Positions 9,010 through 19,512 are shown, counted from the first letter of the stretch. The stretch is 64,000 nt of DNA from an uncultured Gemmatimonadales bacterium (GCA_963783305.1 CAWAMW010000002.1:128001-192000); one strand, 5' to 3'. A program made the numbers and translations. The notes: a model not told the origin generated them from the letters alone.

Positions 9010-10605
9010 TCATCCATCCGCGGCAGCGGCTCCCGTGTCGAGCGTCCGTCGGGCCAGCGCGGCGCGATCGGGCTTTCCGGATCCCAGCCGCGGGATGGCG
9101 TCGAGGGCGACGAACGACCTGGGGACCTTGAAGCGCGCGAGTCGGGCCGCCGCGAAGTCCCGGACCGGCCCCAGCGGATCCGCCACCCCGGCGCTCGGGG
9201 CGTCGTCGGGCGCCCGTCCACCGCCCAGCACCACGTAGGCACGGCCGACCTCGCCCCAGACGTCGTCCGGGACACCCACGACCACCACCTCGGCCACGCC
9301 GGGCGCGTCGGCCAGGACCGCCTCCACCTCGGCGGGGAACACGTTCTCGCCACCGCTGATGAACATCTCCTTGCGACGGCCGCAGATGGTGTAGCGGCCC
9401 GCCTCGTCCATTCGGGCGATATCGCCCGTGCGGAGCCAGCCGCCGGCGGTGAACGCCTCCCGGGTACGCTCCGGGTCGTGGAGGTAGCCGGCGAACAGCT
9501 GCGGCCCCCGCAGCAGGAGCTCGCCCTCCTCGCCCGGCCCCACGTCCTCGCCACTGGCGTCGACCCGACGCGCGCGCAGCGACGGCACCGGCCGGCCCAC
9601 CGCGCCGGGGTTCGCCTCCGCCTCCTCGAGTGAGAGGGTGAAGCAGTTCGGCCCGCACTCGGTCAGGCCGTACCCTTCCTTGAACCGGTAGCCCGCGGCT
9701 CGCACGGCGGCCGCGACCGCGGGGGGGCACGGCGCGCCGCCGGAAATGAAGAAGCGGAGCGCCGGGAGCTCCATCCCCCAGGCGTCGCCCCGCTGGAGGA
9801 GCAGGAGCTGGGTGGGGACGGTGAGCGCCACCGTGCACGCTTCGTCGGCCAGGGCGCGCAGGAACTCGTCCGCGTCGAAATCCTCGAACAGCACGACGCG
9901 CCCGCCCCGCTGCCAGAGCGGCGTCGCGAAGACGTTCCAGCCACCGGTATGGAAGAGGGGTGTGGTGATGGGCGCCACATCGTTCGCTCCGAGCTCCCAG
10001 CCGGTGGTCGTGGCCACGGCGTTGTGGAAGAGCTGCCGGTGGGGCAGCAGCGCGCCCTTGGGCCGACCGGTCGTCCCGGACGTGTAGAGCACCAGCACTG
10101 GCGACTCGGGGTCCGCCGGCTGCTCGATGCCCCAGGGCTCGGCGGCCTCGAGGAGCGCCGGAACGTCCTCCTCCAGGTCGAGCCACTCCGCCGCGACGTC
10201 CGCCCCGGCCTCCGCCGCCAGCGCCGCGCTCTCCGGATCATGGAAGAGCACGGCCGGCTGAGAGTCCGCCACGATTACCGCCAGCTCCGGCGCGGCGAGT
10301 CGCCAGTTGTACGGGACGAGTGCGGCCCCGCGCCGGCCGCAGGCGAGGAAGAGGGCCACGAGCTCGAGCCGGTTCCGCGACAGCACCCCCACGCGGTCTC
10401 CGGGTCCCACGTCCAGGGACCGGAGCAGACCCGTCCACCGGGCGGCGACGTCGTCCAGCTCGGCGTAGGAGAGGCGGGCGCCGGTCCGGCGGTCCACAAG
10501 AGCGACGCGCTTGGGGTCATGGCGCGCCCAGAACCCCATGGGGTCCGGCTGCTCGGCCAGCAAGGGGCGGGCATCCGGCGCTGCCGGTCCGCTCCGCTCC
10601 CTCAT
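9010..10605 (-). CDS. Acyl-CoA synthetase (AMP-binding, FadD/MenE-like)
   Basis: YTSGTTGRPKG, EGYGLTE, WLRTGD, GGENVFPAEVE, terminal GK. Confidence 0.92.
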   Translation of the reverse strand: MRERSGPAAPDARPLLAEQPDPMGFWARHDPKRVALVDRRTGARLSYAELDDVAARWTGLLRSLDVGPGDRVGVLSRNRLELVALFLACGRRGAALVPYNWRLAAPELAVIVADSQPAVLFHDPESAALAAEAGADVAAEWLDLEEDVPALLEAAEPWGIEQPADPESPVLVLYTSGTTGRPKGALLPHRQLFHNAVATTTGWELGANDVAPITTPLFHTGGWNVFATPLWQRGGRVVLFEDFDADEFLRALADEACTVALTVPTQLLLLQRGDAWGMELPALRFFISGGAPCPPAVAAAVRAAGYRFKEGYGLTECGPNCFTLSLEEAEANPGAVGRPVPSLRARRVDASGEDVGPGEEGELLLRGPQLFAGYLHDPERTREAFTAGGWLRTGDIARMDEAGRYTICGRRKEMFISGGENVFPAEVEAVLADAPGVAEVVVVGVPDDVWGEVGRAYVVLGGGRAPDDAPSAGVADPLGPVRDFAAARLARFKVPRSFVALDAIPRLGSGKPDRAALARRTLDTGAAAADG

Positions 10606-11669
10606 GAGTCGCGGCCCGGCTGCTCGAGAAAGAACCGGAAGACCTGTTCCGTGGCGTCGGGACCGGCGGGATCGGTGTAGCTCCCTTCACCGGCGCCGCC
10701 GCTCCAGGCGTGACCCATTCCTTCCACCAGCCAGTACTCCAGCGCCACCGGCGCACCGCGATAGACGCAGCGGCGGGCGGGGGCGGTCGCCTCCACGCGG
10801 GACGACTCCGCCGTAAGCCCGGCCACGCTCGGGCAGGCGGGGGGGCCAGCCTCCGCACCGCCGGTTCCCTCTCCCGGCTCGACCTCCCGGGATTCCATCC
10901 TCATCGCGCCCATGGCCACACCGGCCCACTGCCGCAGCGCCTGCTCCCCGTTGACGGCGCGGACCACGGGATCCGCTTCGCCGTGGAGCACGATCGTGGG
11001 AATGGGCCGGGCCCGCTCCCCCATCGCGTCCAGCACCCGCGCCGGCAGCGTTTCAGGATCCGTCGTGCCCTGCTGGAGCACCGCCAGCGCCGCAGGGACA
11101 TCGCGCGCGCCGCCAAACGCCGGCGCGGAGTGGACCGCGAGACCCGCGAACAGCTCCGGATACACCGCGACCAGGATCTGCGCCATCGATCCGCCGGCGG
11201 AGATCCCGGCGACGAAGACACGCTCGGGGTCCGCTGCGGTCTCCTCCACCGCGTACCGGATCAGTCCCGCCAGCAGCGCCGGCTCACCCGCCCCCCTGCC
11301 CTGGTGCGCGGGGTCGAACCAGCTCCAGCACTTCTGCGGATTCGCCGTCGCCGGCTGCTCCGGATACAACACGATGAACCCCTCCGCCTCGGCGCGCTCG
11401 TTGGCCCGCGTCCCCGCCGCAAAGTCTTCCGGGTCCTGCGTGCAGCCGTGCAGCATGACGACCAGCCGCCGCCCCGGTTCCGGTGAGCCCGACGGCACGT
11501 ACAGCCGGTACCGCCGCGTCCCGTGCTCGTCGCTGTATTGACCTTCTCTGAACTCGCCCGACGTCGATGACATGGAGGGACCTGGTTCGAGGGCGCCGGA
11601 TGGGCCGGCGGCCGGACCGCTCCCGAGGAGCAGCCCGGCCACCGTCCACAGTGCGTGGATCGCACGCAT
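10602..11669 (-). CDS. Secreted PHB-depolymerase family esterase (LpqC-like alpha/beta hydrolase)
   Basis: Signal peptide; MLHGCTQ oxyanion motif, NPQKCWSWF, GISAGG nucleophile elbow, HGEAD, GHAWSGG. Confidence 0.88.
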   Translation of the reverse strand: MRAIHALWTVAGLLLGSGPAAGPSGALEPGPSMSSTSGEFREGQYSDEHGTRRYRLYVPSGSPEPGRRLVVMLHGCTQDPEDFAAGTRANERAEAEGFIVLYPEQPATANPQKCWSWFDPAHQGRGAGEPALLAGLIRYAVEETAADPERVFVAGISAGGSMAQILVAVYPELFAGLAVHSAPAFGGARDVPAALAVLQQGTTDPETLPARVLDAMGERARPIPTIVLHGEADPVVRAVNGEQALRQWAGVAMGAMRMESREVEPGEGTGGAEAGPPACPSVAGLTAESSRVEATAPARRCVYRGAPVALEYWLVEGMGHAWSGGAGEGSYTDPAGPDATEQVFRFFLEQPGRDS

Positions 11670-11673
11670 CCCG

Positions 11674-14139
11674 CTACCGGTGATACTTCACGCCCAGGAA
11701 CACCATCGTCCCGAGGGCGGGCATGTTCACCATCTCCTGGTGCCGCACACCAAAGCCGCACTCCGCCTCGACGGCGTTCGGGCCGGTCCCATCGCTCCGA
11801 CACCCGAACAAATTCGTCACGTTCATCATGACCTGCGTCCCGAACTGCTCCAGGTCGTACGCGACCGTGAGATCGAGCGTGTTGAACGTGGGGATCTTGC
11901 CCTTGTTGATCCCGGAGTTGAACTGATAGCCGGTGACGTGACGGAAGGTGGCGCCACCACTGAAGCCGGACACGTCGCGCACATCGGCGCCCAGCGTCCA
12001 CTTGGTTGTGGGCGAGTTCAGGGCGGTGGCTTCCAGGAGGGCGGCTGGCGTGGCCGGATCCTGCTCGTCCTGCCGCTCGATGAGGGACACGGTGGCCTTG
12101 GTCGTGACGTGGTCGGAGAACAGATAGCGTGCGCCCATGTCCGCGCCGAGGATCTCCGCCTCACCCGTGTTGAAGTAGGTCAGCACGATCTGCGGAGTGC
12201 CCGTGTCGCCCAGGATGGGATCCGTGCCATCGCCGAAGGAGACGGTCTGCCCCGCGTAGGGGTTGCCGATCGTGCCCAGCGGGCTGAAGAAATCGGTGTA
12301 CTGGGCGCGGTATCCCGTTACGTCCAGGTACAGCTTCTCGCCGAGGACGCCGCGATAGCCCAGCTCGATGGTGGTGTTCTCTTCCGGGACGAGCGGGTCG
12401 TAGGTGACGACGCTGCCATCGGCGTTTCGGACGGTGAAGCCCTGGGTGTTGCCGAACACGCCCACGGCCGGGACGAAGTCGGGGATCCAGAAGTTGGTCT
12501 GGAGGATGGTGGGCGACTTGAACGCGCGGTTGTAGGTCAGTCGGATCGCGTGGTCCTCGGCCGGCTTGAAGATGACCGCGGCCTTCGGACTCACCTGCGA
12601 ATCGTAGTTGTCGTGGGCGTCGAAGCGCGCGGCCAGCACCACGTCGAGCATCTCGTGGAGCGGGGTGCGGGTCTGGGCGTACAGCCCCCAGGTGTTGATC
12701 TCGACGTCCTGGTCATCGAAGCGATCGGTGAGCCACTCGCGATCGCTGCTCACCATGTCCCGCCGGACCTGCCCACCCCAGACGATCTGGGTCTCGGTGA
12801 GCGGGTTCGTTGCGCCGGCGAGGAAGTCGCCGATGGCGAAGTTGTTCTGGATCTCGGCCGCATACAGCCGACCGTTGCTCGGCCAGTCGCTCGCCTTTTT
12901 GATTTCGGCGTCGCTCATCCCCGCGAACGCCGGGGAGGCCCGGTTCTCGGTGAAGCGGTTGAGCGCGTAGGAGTCACCGGACTGCGACTGGTTCCGGTAG
13001 ACGTTCAGGTACCAGTGGTTGGTGCTGCCCTGGAGCTGGAGGAAGTTGTAGGTCCAGTCGATGAACTGGTTGCGGCCGACGTTGGTCTGTCCCACGCCGT
13101 CGCTCTGGCTGTACCCCGCGCTCAGCTCCAGCTTGTTCAGGCCGCCATAGTAGACCAGCCCGCCCTCTCCACGGATCACCTGGCTGGTGAAGTCGGCGCC
13201 GACCTCCGGCAGCTCGGCGGCGCCATAGGTTACGGTGTTCGAGAAATCGTCGGCGCGCTGGAACTCACCCGCCACCTTGTAGCCCCACGTGCCGTTGGCC
13301 ACTCCCGCGTGGCGGAACTGGATATCGCTGTAGCCGCCCACCTTGTCGCCGTCCTTGTCCAGGGCGCCGCCCGAAACCTCCACGGTGGTGCCGGGGAACT
13401 GGAGCGGGTCCTTGGTCTGGAGTGAGAGGACGCCATTGCTGGCGTCGGCGCCGTAGAGTGCTGCGCCCGGGCCCACGATGACCTCCGCGGAGGCCAGGTC
13501 GACCTTCGGGATCGCCGTGAAGATCCCCACCGGCAGCCCCGACTCCGGGAGCACCGACACGCGATTGTCCTCGAGCATCAGCATGCGGTTGTTGAACGAG
13601 GAGTTGAACCCCCGCGCGTTGATGGCCGCCGACGTGGCGCCCACCTGGATGTAGTCGAGGCCCTGCACTTCCTTGAGCGCGCCACTGAACGAGTTGCCGA
13701 CGGACATGTCGATCTCGGCGGCATCGATCCGCGTCACGGTCGCGGGCGCATCGGTGATGCGCTCCGCCCGTCGCGACGCAGAAACCACCACGCCGCCCAG
13801 CTCCAGCGCGGCGGTCTCCAGCACGATCTCCACGTCCGCCGTACCGCCCGCCGCCACCACCACGTTCTCGAACGCTCGCTCGCCGTAGCCGAGGTGCGTG
13901 ACCCGCACGGTATGGGTGCCGGCGGGAACCCCGCGGATCATGAAGTCGCCGCGCGCGGAGCTCAGAGCTCCGAGCGAGGTCCCATCGACGGTCACGCGAG
14001 CGCCCGGGATGGCCACGCCATCCGCGCTGAACACGGTGCCGGAGATGGCGCCCGTGCCCTGGGCGATCGCCGGGACGGGCAGGGCCAGCAGCACGGCCGC
14101 GAGGGCCACGCGCAGCCGGGTCGTCATTCGAGCACGCAT
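11674..14139 (-). CDS. TonB-dependent receptor
   Basis: Signal peptide, carboxypeptidase-regulatory-like N-domain, VVVSASRR, INARGFNS plug, GPGAALYGADA, beta-barrel C-terminus. Confidence 0.92.
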   Translation of the reverse strand: MRARMTTRLRVALAAVLLALPVPAIAQGTGAISGTVFSADGVAIPGARVTVDGTSLGALSSARGDFMIRGVPAGTHTVRVTHLGYGERAFENVVVAAGGTADVEIVLETAALELGGVVVSASRRAERITDAPATVTRIDAAEIDMSVGNSFSGALKEVQGLDYIQVGATSAAINARGFNSSFNNRMLMLEDNRVSVLPESGLPVGIFTAIPKVDLASAEVIVGPGAALYGADASNGVLSLQTKDPLQFPGTTVEVSGGALDKDGDKVGGYSDIQFRHAGVANGTWGYKVAGEFQRADDFSNTVTYGAAELPEVGADFTSQVIRGEGGLVYYGGLNKLELSAGYSQSDGVGQTNVGRNQFIDWTYNFLQLQGSTNHWYLNVYRNQSQSGDSYALNRFTENRASPAFAGMSDAEIKKASDWPSNGRLYAAEIQNNFAIGDFLAGATNPLTETQIVWGGQVRRDMVSSDREWLTDRFDDQDVEINTWGLYAQTRTPLHEMLDVVLAARFDAHDNYDSQVSPKAAVIFKPAEDHAIRLTYNRAFKSPTILQTNFWIPDFVPAVGVFGNTQGFTVRNADGSVVTYDPLVPEENTTIELGYRGVLGEKLYLDVTGYRAQYTDFFSPLGTIGNPYAGQTVSFGDGTDPILGDTGTPQIVLTYFNTGEAEILGADMGARYLFSDHVTTKATVSLIERQDEQDPATPAALLEATALNSPTTKWTLGADVRDVSGFSGGATFRHVTGYQFNSGINKGKIPTFNTLDLTVAYDLEQFGTQVMMNVTNLFGCRSDGTGPNAVEAECGFGVRHQEMVNMPALGTMVFLGVKYHR

Positions 14140-14180
14140 CTGTACTCCTCCTTGATGGGGGATCGGGTCTGTGCCTGTTT

Positions 14181-14588
14181 CTATTCAGGCACCAGGAGCA
14201 GCGCCTCGCCGTCCAGCACGGTGCGGCCCTCCTGGTCCATGCAGGTGGTGGCGAGCCGCGCCCGCCGCCGTTCGGAATCCAGCTCTATGACTTCGACCCG
14301 GGCCGTGATCGTGCTTCCGATCGGGACCGGCCGGGTGAAACGGAGTGTCTGTCCGGTGTAGATGGCGCCCGCGCCCGGCAGCCGTGTGCCGAGGACCGCC
14401 GAGATCAGCCCGGCCGTCAGCATCCCGTGGGCGATCCGCTCACCGAACCGCGACCGGCGCGCCTCTTCCTCATCCACGTGCACCGGGTTCGTGTCGCCGG
14501 TGAGGCGCGCGAAATCGTCGATGTCCGCACCGCTGATGGTGCGCTCCATCTCCGCGGCCATGCCGACTTTCAGCTCTTCGAAACGCAT
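14181..14588 (-). CDS. MaoC family (R)-specific enoyl-CoA hydratase (PhaJ-like)
   Basis: FARLTGDTNPVH...IAHGM hydratase motif; ATG overlaps the upstream stop. Confidence 0.92.
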   Translation of the reverse strand: MRFEELKVGMAAEMERTISGADIDDFARLTGDTNPVHVDEEEARRSRFGERIAHGMLTAGLISAVLGTRLPGAGAIYTGQTLRFTRPVPIGSTITARVEVIELDSERRRARLATTCMDQEGRTVLDGEALLLVPE

Positions 14589-16114
14589 CACACCTCCATG
14601 ACCAGGCGGACATCCTCGTCGATGGCGGTCTCGGGCGACTCCCGCGTCAGGGCGGACACGCCGAAGAAGACCAGGATCGACAGAACCAGGGACCCGCCGG
14701 CGACGGTGAGTCCGGTGGGCAGCGTGTAGGCGCCCAGGTACGCGAGCGTCTCGAAAAGGAGCGTCAGGACGAGCCCGGTTCCTATGGACGCGATGGCGCC
14801 CGCCCGCGTCGCGCCCTGCCAGTTCAGGCCGATCGCCAGCGCCGGTACCAGTGTGGAGGCGAAGAGACCCCAGCCGAAGATCCCCAGGAAAGCCACCAGC
14901 GTCCCGGAGACGTGCGCCGTGAAGGCCGCGGCGATGGAGATCGCGATCGTGGAGATACGTCCCCAGAGCAGCTCGTTCCCGACCTTCTTCCCCAGCGCCA
15001 CCGGGAGGTCGTGGGTGATGGCGGCGGCACCGATGTTCATGAACGAGTTCACCGTGCTCATGATCGCCGCGGCCACGCTCGAGAAGACAATGGCGGCCAG
15101 GAATATGGGTGTGTACCCGAGCAGGAAGATTGGCGTGGCCTCGTCGGCGTTGGCGAGCGGCGGCATCGCGCCCTCCACCACCAGCGCCTTCACCGCCACG
15201 CCCACGCCGAAGAAGAGGAGCGTGGCCATGATGAAGGCACCCGTGACCAGCAGCGGGTACCACTTGAGCTTCCGCGGGTCCCTCAGCATGTAGAACTTGT
15301 GGACCACATGGGGCTGCCCCAGCGAGCCGAGGCCGAACACGAAGAAGAAGGAGAGGGCCGCCAGGGGGGTCATGTGGCCCCAGGGCGCCAGGAACTCCGG
15401 GTCCGCCGCCAGGATCGACCGGGAGACGCCCGCCATCCCGCCGCCCGCCTCCAGCACGAAGAGGAAGACCAGCACGGAGGCGATGGCCATCAGCGTCCCC
15501 TGGAAGACATCGGCGTAGATCCCGGCGAGGATCCCGCCCGCCGCCGAGTAGGCCATGACGATCCCCATCCCCAACCAGATCCCCCAGCCGAGGCCGATCC
15601 CGAAGATGGCGTTGATGACCACGCCCAGCGCCAGGATATTCGTGGCCATGTAGCCGATCACCGCGATGAGGATCGAGATCCCGGCGAGGCCCTGGGCGGT
15701 CCGGGAGCGGTACCGTGCGCCGATGGCGTCCGGGACGGTGATCATGCGCCGGACCTCGGCCAGCAGACGCAGACGCTTGGCCAGCACCCACGCGCCCATG
15801 GAGTTGGTCAACGACGCCGGCAGGATGATGAACATGGCGCCCAGGCCAACCGTGTAGAGCAGACCCGGGCCGCCAATGAACGCAAAGCCCGAGAGCGTGG
15901 CCGACATGGCGGCGAGCGTCAGCGCCGCCAGCCCGATCCCCTGTCCCGCCACGAAGAAATCCTCCGCCGACCGCGTCTTCCGCGTCGCCCAGACGCCGAT
16001 CCCCGCCACCACGGAGAAATAGACCACCGCCACCGCCACGATGGTGGGCTGGGTCAGGGGCGGAAGCGCCTCCTGGACCACCGCGAGTGCCGGGGCGGCC
16101 GCGGACAGCCCCAT
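14588..16114 (-). CDS. Sodium:solute symporter (SSS family)
   Basis: DFFVAG, SGFAFIGGPG, D-x-FQG and AAIMSTVNS motifs; about 13 hydrophobic helices. Confidence 0.9.
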   Translation of the reverse strand: MGLSAAAPALAVVQEALPPLTQPTIVAVAVVYFSVVAGIGVWATRKTRSAEDFFVAGQGIGLAALTLAAMSATLSGFAFIGGPGLLYTVGLGAMFIILPASLTNSMGAWVLAKRLRLLAEVRRMITVPDAIGARYRSRTAQGLAGISILIAVIGYMATNILALGVVINAIFGIGLGWGIWLGMGIVMAYSAAGGILAGIYADVFQGTLMAIASVLVFLFVLEAGGGMAGVSRSILAADPEFLAPWGHMTPLAALSFFFVFGLGSLGQPHVVHKFYMLRDPRKLKWYPLLVTGAFIMATLLFFGVGVAVKALVVEGAMPPLANADEATPIFLLGYTPIFLAAIVFSSVAAAIMSTVNSFMNIGAAAITHDLPVALGKKVGNELLWGRISTIAISIAAAFTAHVSGTLVAFLGIFGWGLFASTLVPALAIGLNWQGATRAGAIASIGTGLVLTLLFETLAYLGAYTLPTGLTVAGGSLVLSILVFFGVSALTRESPETAIDEDVRLVMEV

Positions 16115-16647
16115 CACCGTCCACCCTCCCCTGCCGCCCGCACGCCGGCGCCACCTACGGGCAGCGGCTCCGCACGCGCCATCGACTCGCGGGCCGCCGC
16201 ATCCGCCTTCCACCCCTTCGCGGCGCTCCGCACCCTCTCGAGGTCCGCCTCGCTCAGTGTGAACGCGTCGAACGTCCACGCGTAGGCCACCGGCACGATG
16301 AAGAAGGGGAGCACGCCCACCCCGTACAAGAGGACCGCTGCGCGAGGCGGCAGCCCCAGCCAGAGCGTCGGGTCGCCGGGCTCCGCGGGGGGCAGCACCA
16401 GGAGGGCCGCGAACCCGCCGCCCACGACCAGCAGCACCAGGCCGAACGCCGCGGCCAGACGTCCGTCGATCCGGCCGTTCCGGGCGGCGCCCACGGCCAT
16501 CATCGAGACCAGCGAGAGGCACGTCCCCGCCGCCAGCAGCCATGCGGCCCAGGCGGGCGGCGGTCCCGGGAGGAACGCAGAGCCGTAGGCCACGGCGATG
16601 AGTCCGATGGCCAGGGCGAACAGCATCAGGGCGAGTCGTTTTGTCAT
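16114..16647 (-). CDS. Hypothetical 4-TM membrane protein coupled to the symporter
   Basis: Four hydrophobic segments; TGATG overlap with the SSS gene. Confidence 0.75.
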   Translation of the reverse strand: MTKRLALMLFALAIGLIAVAYGSAFLPGPPPAWAAWLLAAGTCLSLVSMMAVGAARNGRIDGRLAAAFGLVLLVVGGGFAALLVLPPAEPGDPTLWLGLPPRAAVLLYGVGVLPFFIVPVAYAWTFDAFTLSEADLERVRSAAKGWKADAAARESMARAEPLPVGGAGVRAAGEGGR

Positions 16648-16651
16648 CGGC

Positions 16652-18505
16652 TCACGTGTAGAGGTCGTCGATCCGGTCGCGGAAGCGCTCGAGCACCACG
16701 CTCCTCCGGATCTTCATGGTGGGGGTCAGCTCGTTTTCCTCGAGCGAGAGCTCGCGGTCCAGCAGCACGAACCGGCGGACCTGCTCAGTACGCGAGAGCC
16801 CTGCGTTCACGCGATCCACCGCCTCCTGCACCCGGGCGATCACCTCGGGGCGGTCCGTCAGCACGTCCACGGCTTCATCCAGACCCGACGACCGCGCCCA
16901 GCCCTCCACCATCGGGCGACGGAGCGTCAGCAGCGCGGAGATGAACTTCCGACCCTCACCCACGAGCACCGCCTGCGCGATCCAGGGGTCCTCCATCAGC
17001 CGCGCCTCCACCGGCACGGGCGCCACCTTCTTCCCGGTGGACAGCGCGATCAGCTCCTTCTTGCGACCGGTGACCCGCAGGAACCCGCGCGCGTCGAGCT
17101 CGCCGAGGTCCCCGGTCAGGAGCCAGGCGCCATCCCCCGTGAACGCCCGCCGGGATTCGGCCGGACGGCCGTGGTAGCCGGCGAACGTGAGGTCCGAACG
17201 GAGGATCAGGATCTCCCCGTCATCGGCGATCCTCAGGGTGGTGCCGGGCATGGGGGGGCCCGCGGTGTCGAAGCCATACGCGTCCGGCCGATTGAAGACG
17301 GCGCACAGGTGCTCGGTCAGGCCGTATGCGCCAAGGACGGTCAGTCCCAGCGCGTCCAGAAACACCGCCACCTCCTCCGGCAGCGCCGCGCCCCCGGACG
17401 TGGCCAGCCTGATGCGGCCACCGAAGTGATCTTTCAGCCGGGCAGCGAAGGGGACCACGCCATCGGCCCACGCGCGCTCGAGCTCCACATCCCAGTCGGA
17501 GCCCGCACGGCGCCGGTGCGCCGACCGCCGCCGGCCCAGCTCCAGCACCCGGTCCCAGCGGGCGCGCTCCTCCGCGGGCGCCGTGGCGCGTTCGGCCTCC
17601 ATCGCCTCGTAGGCCTTCTCGTAGAAGCGCGGCAGCCCGCCGAACAGCGTGGGCCCGTACGACCGCGCGGACGCACCCACACGGGTATGGTCCGGCACCA
17701 GCGCGCACTCCATCCCGCACAGGATCCGCGTGTAGAGGCCGAACACCCGTTCGGCGGCGTGGCAGTAGGGGAGGAAGGAGAGAGCGGTGTCCTCGGCCGT
17801 GAGACCCAGCGTGTCCCGGACCGATACCGCCGACGCCAGCAGGTACCGGTGCGGGATGCGCGCGCCCTTCGGCTCGCCCGTGGAGCCCGACGTGTAGATC
17901 AGCGCCGCCACATCGTCCGGACGCGCCGCGGACACCCGCCGCTCCAGCTCCTCGACGGCGCCTCCCTCGAGAGCGCGGCGGCCGCGTTCCAGCCACTCGC
18001 TCCACGACACCACCCCCGGACGATTCAATGCCACGTCGTCCGGCGCGATGAGCACCGGGCCGCCCCGCCGTTCGGCGCCGAGCGCCAGTGCGGCTTCCAG
18101 CACGGCCAGTCGCTCGGGCGAGTCCACCACCACTATCGCGGCGCCCGCGTCGGCGAGAATGTGCCTCACCTGCGCCGCGGCCGACGTGGGGTAGAGCCCG
18201 ACCCCGACGCACCCGGCCAGCACACACCCCAGGTCGGCGATGGGCCACTCGACTCGCGACCCGGCGAAGATCGCCACCACCGCGCCCGGGGAGTGCCCCG
18301 CCGCCACCAGCGCCGCCGCGAAGGCACGGGAGCGCTCCGCCCACTCAGCCCACGTGAGCACACTGTCGGCCTCCGCCCCACCCACCTTCAGCGTACGCAT
18401 GGCTGGACGGTCCCCGTGTTCGCGGGCGCGCTCCAGAAACACGGAAGCGATCGTGGCGGAATTCCCCTGGGAGAGCGCGGCCTGGTGCGTCGTGGCGGTC
18501 GTCAT
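16652..18505 (-). CDS. Long-chain fatty acid--CoA ligase (AMP-dependent synthetase)
   Basis: YTSGSTGEPKG, AYGLTE, WLLTGDLG, GRKKELI. Confidence 0.92.
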   Translation of the reverse strand: MTTATTHQAALSQGNSATIASVFLERAREHGDRPAMRTLKVGGAEADSVLTWAEWAERSRAFAAALVAAGHSPGAVVAIFAGSRVEWPIADLGCVLAGCVGVGLYPTSAAAQVRHILADAGAAIVVVDSPERLAVLEAALALGAERRGGPVLIAPDDVALNRPGVVSWSEWLERGRRALEGGAVEELERRVSAARPDDVAALIYTSGSTGEPKGARIPHRYLLASAVSVRDTLGLTAEDTALSFLPYCHAAERVFGLYTRILCGMECALVPDHTRVGASARSYGPTLFGGLPRFYEKAYEAMEAERATAPAEERARWDRVLELGRRRSAHRRRAGSDWDVELERAWADGVVPFAARLKDHFGGRIRLATSGGAALPEEVAVFLDALGLTVLGAYGLTEHLCAVFNRPDAYGFDTAGPPMPGTTLRIADDGEILILRSDLTFAGYHGRPAESRRAFTGDGAWLLTGDLGELDARGFLRVTGRKKELIALSTGKKVAPVPVEARLMEDPWIAQAVLVGEGRKFISALLTLRRPMVEGWARSSGLDEAVDVLTDRPEVIARVQEAVDRVNAGLSRTEQVRRFVLLDRELSLEENELTPTMKIRRSVVLERFRDRIDDLYT

Positions 18506-19512
18506 GCCCGCTCCGCCTCCGGATCCCAGCGCACGGCCGCCGATCCCATGGCGAGCCCCGCACCGGAGCCGGTCATGACGACGAGATCTCCCACCGACAG
18601 CCGGCCGGCGCGGACCGCGTCGTCGAGAGCCATGGGGATGCAGGCGGATCCGGTGTAGCCCCACTTGTGCATGATGGTGTGGGCTCGGGACATCGGCTGC
18701 CCCAGGCGCTCCATGACCACCTCGATCGTGGACCGGTTCACCTGCGTCCAGAGCCACAGGTCCACGTCACCCGGCAATGCGGCGGCCCGCGCCAGCACCG
18801 CCTTCACCAGACGCGGCCACCCCTCCTCGTTCACCGACGCCGGGTACTTGTCCACGAACTGCAGCCGGTTCCGACGATTCTCACCCCGCAGGTGCGCCTC
18901 CCCGATGGGCTCGGCCGTGCCGCCGGCGAAGACGCCGAGTCCCATCGCGTACGCGCCGTCCGCGTGGAGCTCCGAGGCCAGCACCCCCGGCCGCGCCGCC
19001 GCCTCCACCACCACCGCCCCGGCTCCATCCGCGAAGATCGTCGACGTCTTCTTGTCCTCATTATCCACGAACTTCGTCATCGCGTACGCGGCCACCACCA
19101 GGATGCGGCGATACCGCTCGTCCGCCCGCAGATACTTCCACGCGATGTCCAGCGCGGTGACGAATCCGGCACAGGCCGCGTTCACGTCGAAGGTCCCGGC
19201 GCGCTTCATCCCGAGCCGACCGTGCACCACCGAGGATGTGGCCGGAGAGATGTGCTCCGGCGTGTCCGTGGAGACGATCAGAAGGTCCACATCGTCGGGC
19301 TCCAGGCCCGCGCTCTCCAGCGCTCGCCGCGCCGCCCGCTCCGCCAGGTCCGCGGTCGATTCGTCCGGCCCGCAGACCCGCCGCTCCCGGATCCCCAGCA
19401 CGTTCGAGACGAAGTCGTCGATGTCCTCGCCCAGCCGCTCCGACAGCTCCGCGTTCGTCACCACCCGCTCGGGCACGTACATGCCCGTTCCCGTGATCAC
19501 CGCCTCCCTCAC
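18502..19512 (-). CDS. 3-oxoacyl-ACP synthase III (FabH-fold) family protein with a non-canonical active site
   Basis: GTGMYVPERVVTN, GIRERR, DVNAACAGF, FADGAGA, GSGAG. HQAN is replaced by TQVN and GNT by GYT. Confidence 0.88.
   Translation of the reverse strand: MREAVITGTGMYVPERVVTNAELSERLGEDIDDFVSNVLGIRERRVCGPDESTADLAERAARRALESAGLEPDDVDLLIVSTDTPEHISPATSSVVHGRLGMKRAGTFDVNAACAGFVTALDIAWKYLRADERYRRILVVAAYAMTKFVDNEDKKTSTIFADGAGAVVVEAAARPGVLASELHADGAYAMGLGVFAGGTAEPIGEAHLRGENRRNRLQFVDKYPASVNEEGWPRLVKAVLARAAALPGDVDLWLWTQVNRSTIEVVMERLGQPMSRAHTIMHKWGYTGSACIPMALDDAVRAGRLSVGDLVVMTGSGAGLAMGSAAVRWDPEAERA

Noticed and set aside
8915..10186. N-terminal extension of the 829-aa ORF, suggesting an ADH fusion
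   Set aside because: It overlaps the CoA ligase in another frame. The real ADH starts at MKAVVW (8914) after a GGAGG RBS.
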